Below, one piece after another: positions 38,260-42,749 of a DNA stretch of 42,749 nt. The notes beneath the pieces were generated by a model that was not told where the DNA came from, made no database searches, and was given only the letters and a program-made list of their open reading frames with translations. Each line of letters opens with the position of its first letter. Positions within the stretch are counted from its first letter, which is position 1. The position numbers and the translations under genes are program-made. Origin of the DNA: a virus; IMG/VR virus record IMGVR_UViG_3300012041_000016, positions 1-42,749 of that record, one strand, 5' to 3'.

Positions 38260-39816
38260 TTATGCGCCCCTGTATGTTTGCCACATAGCCATCATGAACC
38301 CGACGCCGGTTCCGCTGCTAACACCCCCGTATCCGTGGTAGTCGTTCTTTCCGGTCGTGCCCGAACTCGGCCAATAGCTCGTCATGGTCGTCCAGCGGTC
38401 GCAGTAGTCGAGATAGGGATCGTGTCCCCAAAGTGCGTCCGCTCCCATGAGGTGTACGGCCAACCGCGTCCCGATGATGGAAGAACTTGTTGACACCTGA
38501 TAGGCCCCGGCAGGTGACGGAAGATCGATATTATCAAGCAACCCAGCCGGATCGCGGCATGAGTTTTGGCTTTGTGACGAGTCGCCTATCGTTACCGCGC
38601 AATCTTCGCCCCACAATTCCGACGACACCCCCTCGTAAGTATACGCGTCTTCTTCAAATTTTAGTTCCCCCGATGCGCCCGTGACGTAATAGGGAGGCGC
38701 CTTCATGTCGTTATCATCAAGCATGATCCCGGCAAAAAGGATCGGCCATTTCCTGCCCCATCCGTGGCCGCCATTCCGTGACCATCCATTACCGTTCACC
38801 AGTGAGATCGGATAGAGGTCAATCCCGTACTGGATTAGGCGGTTGGCGTAAGTTTCTGCGTCAGGAATATCAGCGCAGGCGTGAACCGCGAGTTGTGAGA
38901 CAAATCGCGCGCCATCTAGCCCGTAGGTTGCGCCGTTGTTAACGCCCTTGCAGCGGTTCCAAATCGACGGGCCGGCATCGAGCCACACGCGCGCAAGGGC
39001 GCGTGAATTGTTGACCAGAGGAATAGGCGTTTTGCCCGGTGGGACCGCAAGGCCGGGAAGCAAGCCGTAATCAACATCGCTTTGGTTCCAGAGCGTCTTT
39101 GTCGTTCCGAAATATGGAGGGCGGAAACTATTAGCCGGAGGTGCTGACGCCACGCAGGTCAAAACAGCGGCATTGAGTAGAACAGGAGCCCCGGCGCCTG
39201 TCTCCGGCACTGCCAACCCTTCTACCGAAATGAGGGAATCCCCCGGCGACATTGCAAGCGGGAACACGGCCCGCAAGGAAGCGTTATACGGAAACTGCGC
39301 ACCTGATGGCCGGGAGTCATAGCCCTGCTGTGCGCATTGGGTCGGGTTCACCATCGCGCCATTCTTGGCGCCGTCCCATGCAGGGGTTTGGGCAACAACA
39401 GTGCAGGCCCCTACGACGTAATAATCACCATTCCAGTATTGGCCGACTGTAGGCGACCCTGTGATCGTCCAAGTGATACCATTCTGGGTGATTACGATAT
39501 CGCCCTCTTCCTCGTCAGTGACGAGAATGGTGAATATCTGATCGCGAGGCGTGTTCACGCCGTCGTCCATTCTGAGCGTGATCTGGTGCTGAATAGCGGT
39601 CTCGTAATCAAGCGCGCCCGCAACGCGGAGCTCACTCCCAACGATTGTAAAGAGGCCGTCCGCGTCATCAGTTAGGGACAGCGTATATGGCTGTGAACCG
39701 CCGCCTGTGATGGTAAAAGTCCCGATGACAGTACCAATGGACGAGTTCTCAATAATCACATCATTCGACAGACTCGCAATTGGGATGGATTTTCGCTTGA
39801 GATAAAGCCTGCCCAT
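38260..39816 (-). CDS. Tailspike/receptor-binding candidate: cadherin-like repeat plus large C-terminal (possibly glycan-degrading) domain
   Basis: Start at ATG 39816, 5 nt after the upstream stop. N-terminal 'VIIENSSIGTVIGTFTITGGGSQPYTLSLTDDADGLFTIVGSELRVAGALDYETAIQHQITLRMDDG...ILVTDEEE' follows the cadherin-repeat pattern. The remaining about 400 aa are unassigned. Confidence 0.55.
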   Translation of the reverse strand: MGRLYLKRKSIPIASLSNDVIIENSSIGTVIGTFTITGGGSQPYTLSLTDDADGLFTIVGSELRVAGALDYETAIQHQITLRMDDGVNTPRDQIFTILVTDEEEGDIVITQNGITWTITGSPTVGQYWNGDYYVVGACTVVAQTPAWDGAKNGAMVNPTQCAQQGYDSRPSGAQFPYNASLRAVFPLAMSPGDSLISVEGLAVPETGAGAPVLLNAAVLTCVASAPPANSFRPPYFGTTKTLWNQSDVDYGLLPGLAVPPGKTPIPLVNNSRALARVWLDAGPSIWNRCKGVNNGATYGLDGARFVSQLAVHACADIPDAETYANRLIQYGIDLYPISLVNGNGWSRNGGHGWGRKWPILFAGIMLDDNDMKAPPYYVTGASGELKFEEDAYTYEGVSSELWGEDCAVTIGDSSQSQNSCRDPAGLLDNIDLPSPAGAYQVSTSSSIIGTRLAVHLMGADALWGHDPYLDYCDRWTTMTSYWPSSGTTGKNDYHGYGGVSSGTGVGFMMAMWQTYRGA

Positions 39817-39820
39817 CGGC

Positions 39821-40948
39821 TTACCCCGCAACCGTGTAATAGCTGTAGGTAACGCGGAGATTGCCGGTGACAGGATCGCCACAGGTTATTCTCAAGTCCT
39901 CGTTATCGGCGCCGACTGCAATGATACCAGCACCATTGCCGACTTGCTGCCCGCCTGAAGCCGCAAACTGACCTTCAAGGATAATACCGACTGTGCCCGC
40001 TAGGGATGCCGCCGGAATGGTTGCAGTCCCAAAGCCGATCTTGACAGCCACGTTCGTCGTGTTCGACGCATCCGCTTTGACGGACAACTGCGTGATAACG
40101 ATTTTTGAACCGGCAGAAACCGTCAGCAACGCGGCGTCTGTCTGCGCGCCGTCCGAGTCCGCAATAACGTGCGAGCGCGTGATGACATTCGGGTGCCCTC
40201 CGATAGTGAACAGAACCCCGGCGAGGTTCGCATAAATGTCCGTGACATCTGCCGTGTCTACCGTGGCGGGGTTCGTGCCATGCGCAATAGCTTTGACACC
40301 AATTTTTAGCGGTTCCTCGGTGTCGGGGTCGCCGTGCGCGACGGTCGTGATGCCCGTATCATTGATGGCTGTTTCAACGTCGGCGACAGCATTCAGGACG
40401 GCTTCGTCTGCCGTCCTGGCATTACCTGCCCCGTCAATAGAGAGCGGAACATAATCGCCATCCGCGCCAAAATCTGACTGGGTATCTTGCCGAACAGCCA
40501 GCATCATGACGCCGGTATCGCCTGACGAATGCGCTGCGTCTTCGGCCTTGCCGAGTGACGAAGCAGTTACGCCGGGAACGATCGACAGCACGTCAACGTC
40601 GCCGATGTTATTGGTGCCAGCAGGCAGGGCCGGCAGCGTTACCACATCGACATTGCCGATGTTATTGTCGCCAGCGGCAATGCTTGTGATGTCTACATCG
40701 CCAATATCCACACCGCTATTTGCGGCGAGTTTGCCAATGGCGTTCGTCCCCGCCGGGAGCGCGACGTTAGTCGCCAATGACACGCGCTGGACGCCCGTGC
40801 TATCAACACCGCTGCCGCCCACCGCATCAACAGCCGTCCCGTCTGCGCCGAGGCCGAGCTTGACACGTTGAACCAATACCCCGGCGCCAATGTCGTCTGC
40901 GGCGATTGTCGTGCCGCTACCAGCAGTTACTTCGATGTTGTCAGCCAT
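39821..40948 (-). CDS. Fibre-module protein with LPAGTNxIGxV repeats
   Basis: 375 aa. 'LPAGTNAIGKLAANSGVDIGDVDITS', 'AAGDNNIGNVDVVTLPALPAGTNNIGDVDVLS'. Confidence 0.6.
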   Translation of the reverse strand: MADNIEVTAGSGTTIAADDIGAGVLVQRVKLGLGADGTAVDAVGGSGVDSTGVQRVSLATNVALPAGTNAIGKLAANSGVDIGDVDITSIAAGDNNIGNVDVVTLPALPAGTNNIGDVDVLSIVPGVTASSLGKAEDAAHSSGDTGVMMLAVRQDTQSDFGADGDYVPLSIDGAGNARTADEAVLNAVADVETAINDTGITTVAHGDPDTEEPLKIGVKAIAHGTNPATVDTADVTDIYANLAGVLFTIGGHPNVITRSHVIADSDGAQTDAALLTVSAGSKIVITQLSVKADASNTTNVAVKIGFGTATIPAASLAGTVGIILEGQFAASGGQQVGNGAGIIAVGADNEDLRITCGDPVTGNLRVTYSYYTVAG

Positions 40949-40972
40949 GTTAGGTTGCCTTTGTTAAAGATG

Positions 40973-41296
40973 TCACGCGGTGGAGGTGATTGCCATGAGA
41001 AGTCCAACGGGCGAACCCACGCCGCCTGGGCCGGCGCCACCGCCGAGCGAAGCGTCGAATGATCCGAGAGATGAGAAGTTGTCGACGCCCTCATCGGCAG
41101 CGAGTGCCGCCATTGCGCCGTTAAGTTCTGTGTAAGTGACGCCGAGCTTTTCATTGATGTAGAGCAGCATCCGTTGATTAAATGGCCCCGCAGCTATGCC
41201 CTGCCCGTCCCACATGGCGTGCCAATCGCCCTCGTAGTTGAGCGTGGTTCCGCTTTCCGCGCGAACGGATGCTTGTCTAAGTCCCTGCTGGCTCAT
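40973..41296 (-). CDS. Small fibre-associated protein
   Basis: 107 aa. 'YEGDWHAMWDGQGIAAGPFNQRMLLYINEKLG' is a recurring motif next to podovirus fibre genes. Confidence 0.5.
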   Translation of the reverse strand: MSQQGLRQASVRAESGTTLNYEGDWHAMWDGQGIAAGPFNQRMLLYINEKLGVTYTELNGAMAALAADEGVDNFSSLGSFDASLGGGAGPGGVGSPVGLLMAITSTA

Positions 41297-41302
41297 GATG
41301 CC

Positions 41303-42223
41303 TCACTCGTATGCTGAGTAGATCAGGACAACGAGGCCATCTTGGCCGTCCGCATCGGAGGCCCCGCCATTGCCCTTGCCGGCGACATAATCGCTGTCAC
41401 CTGAATTGGCGACGGTAGACCCGGAGCCCGCCGTAAAGGTCGTGCTGGTTACGCCCCCGGCTGCATAGCTGGCGCCACCACCACCGCCGCCGCCGGAAGC
41501 CGAACCCGTAGCACCAGCTTCGCCGCCGCCACCGCCATGATAACCGGCGCCACCGCCACCGCCATCGCCAGACGCGGAGCCGCCCGCACCGCCGATGCTT
41601 ATTACATCAATGCCCCCGCCCGGACCGCCATTGATAGTGCCGCCGCCGTCGCCGCCATGATAGGTGCCATCTGTGTCACCTGCCTCACCGTCACCGCCTG
41701 CGCCGCCGCTGCCGCCCGCGCCTGCGGCTGATGTCGTGCCGCCCGAGCCGAAGTCACCGCCGCCTGTACCAGACCCGGCAACGCCGTCCTGCGCTGCGCT
41801 TCCGTTGCCGCCCGGCCCGCCAGCACCGCCCGCGCCATTGGTATCGCCCGAACCGCCGCCACCGCCACCGCCCGCCATAACCAGCGGGGTTGAACCATTG
41901 AACACACCGCTATAGGCACCACCACCGCCACCGCCGGAACCGCCCGCCGTATAGCCGCGCCCGCCCGGTCGAATAGAGAGCGAGGCAATGCCGGTTAGAT
42001 CAATCGTGCCCTGCGCAAAGGCACCACCACCACCGGCGCCGCCCGCGTTGGTATTTGGATCACCGCCGCCGCCGCCCGCTGCCCAGCATTTTACGATGAC
42101 GGAAGTTGCGCCGTCTGGCACAGTCCATGTGGATGAGACGCCGAGCGACGTACCTTCATAGGTGTCCACTTGTGCGACCAGGGTTCGCACAACCCTGGGC
42201 GCCATGATGCCGGGTAGCGGCAT
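41303..42223 (-). CDS. Glycine-rich domain fibre-like protein
   Basis: 306 aa. 'STWTVPDGATSVIVKCWAAGGGGG', then long Gly-rich tracts, ending 'GQDGLVVLIYSAYE'. This is the pattern of phage glycine-rich-domain proteins. Confidence 0.65.
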   Translation of the reverse strand: MPLPGIMAPRVVRTLVAQVDTYEGTSLGVSSTWTVPDGATSVIVKCWAAGGGGGDPNTNAGGAGGGGAFAQGTIDLTGIASLSIRPGGRGYTAGGSGGGGGGAYSGVFNGSTPLVMAGGGGGGGSGDTNGAGGAGGPGGNGSAAQDGVAGSGTGGGDFGSGGTTSAAGAGGSGGAGGDGEAGDTDGTYHGGDGGGTINGGPGGGIDVISIGGAGGSASGDGGGGGAGYHGGGGGEAGATGSASGGGGGGGASYAAGGVTSTTFTAGSGSTVANSGDSDYVAGKGNGGASDADGQDGLVVLIYSAYE

Positions 42224-42749
42224 CAGGCAATGGCCTTCAGAATGCCGGTGATAACCACGCGCGTTGATGATATGATATAATAAAATAGCAAATCCTGCGC
42301 ACCGATAGCCGTCGAAAGCACCGGAGCCGTACCGCCGGCAAATTCATAATCAGAGGCATATGCCAAGGTCCGAGAGCCAGTACCGTCCTGCACAACGCGA
42401 ATCACGCCGGATTGCCCGGCCTTCTCGTTTGTGCCGTTGCCCAGCGTGCGATTGCCGCCAAGGGTTACGGTGAAATTGATGCCTAGTGACCAGTCAACCG
42501 CAATCGTCGCGCCGTCGCTCAAGGCTACTTCGGCAGCCGCCGTCCAGACTTCAGCCGGGGAGAGGGCAAGATTTGCGGTTGCAGTATTATTGCGGAACTC
42601 CGCCGCCGTGGCCATTTCGACAACGCCGGTTGCCGAGGTCGTGGCGTCCTGCTTGAGGTTGCCGAACGCGGTTGCCGCGGTAGACGCCCCCGTGCCGCCG
42701 TCAGCAATGGCAAGATCAGTACCGCCCGAGGTGGCAAGTTTGCCATTCA
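42223..42749 (-). CDS. Tail fibre protein, C-terminal part (same gene as 1..598; 42627..42749 duplicates 1..123)
   Basis: The frame of ORF 42223..42615 stays open upstream to the window end and is continuous with the 598..1 frame. '...ATGVVEMATAAEFRNNTATANLALSPAEVW' is a common fibre motif. Confidence 0.85.
   Translation of the reverse strand, partial: NGKLATSGGTDLAIADGGTGASTAATAFGNLKQDATTSATGVVEMATAAEFRNNTATANLALSPAEVWTAAAEVALSDGATIAVDWSLGINFTVTLGGNRTLGNGTNEKAGQSGVIRVVQDGTGSRTLAYASDYEFAGGTAPVLSTAIGAQDLLFYYIISSTRVVITGILKAIA
42627..42749. repeat. Terminal direct repeat identical to 1..123 (circular-contig overlap)
   Basis: Exact 123-nt identity with the window start. Confidence 0.95.

Noticed and set aside
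41303-42223. Highly repetitive G-rich DNA considered as a non-coding tandem repeat
   Set aside because: It maintains one long open frame encoding a Gly-rich domain protein. That protein has a well-formed non-repetitive N-terminus (STWTVPDGATSVIVKCWAAGGGGG) and C-terminus (GLVVLIYSAYE).
36996-42749. A diversity-generating retroelement acting on the fibre genes
   Set aside because: No reverse transcriptase gene is present anywhere in the genome. I saw no template/variable repeat pair near the 3' ends of the fibre genes.

Overview
The window is a complete, circularly closed dsDNA phage genome. The first 123 nt are identical to the last 123 nt, giving 42,626 bp of unique sequence, and one tail-fibre gene reads in frame across that junction. 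The DNA is GC-rich and densely coding, and many adjacent genes are linked by ATGA or GTGA start/stop overlaps. The gene content indicates a temperate, short-tailed phage. No tape-measure, tail-tube or sheath genes are present, and the gene order resembles P22: terminase, portal, scaffold, capsid, adaptor, hub, needle, ejection proteins, fibres. An alphaproteobacterial host is only a weak inference from GC content and protein flavour.

Layout:
- (a) A lambda-like immunity region lies at about 26.9-27.6 kb. It has divergent Cro-like and CI-like HTH genes and four 17-18 bp operators arranged in two pairs.
- (b) A plus-strand early-left operon spans 27.6-31.8 kb. It carries small accessory genes, an ERF recombinase, an HNH nuclease, an excisionase and a tyrosine integrase, followed by two moron-like genes.
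- (c) A minus-strand early-right operon spans 27.09 to 22.66 kb. It runs from the Cro-like gene through an intrinsic terminator to RusA, a DNA methyltransferase, a DnaA-domain-IV-like protein and a replication initiator with an embedded iteron/AT-rich origin. It ends with a NusG/RfaH-like factor.
- (d) One very long minus-strand late operon starts at a near-consensus promoter at 22.57 kb. It runs through terminase, portal, head, tail and ejection genes, wraps the junction into the fibre genes, passes an accessory block (36.9-34.1 kb) and ends in the lysis cassette (34.07-32.69 kb).

Most unusual features:
- A Maf/DUF115-like plus FkbM-methyltransferase fusion and a DxD glycosyltransferase sit inside the capsid module.
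- A phage-encoded NusG/RfaH paralog lies immediately upstream of the late promoter and leader.
- An opposite-strand two-gene module with its own promoter sits between the TerS-like gene and TerL.
- An accessory block encodes exported proteins, a minimal HExxH protein and an HTH-metallophosphoesterase.

All functional calls come from motif recognition by eye and from synteny. No database search was run.
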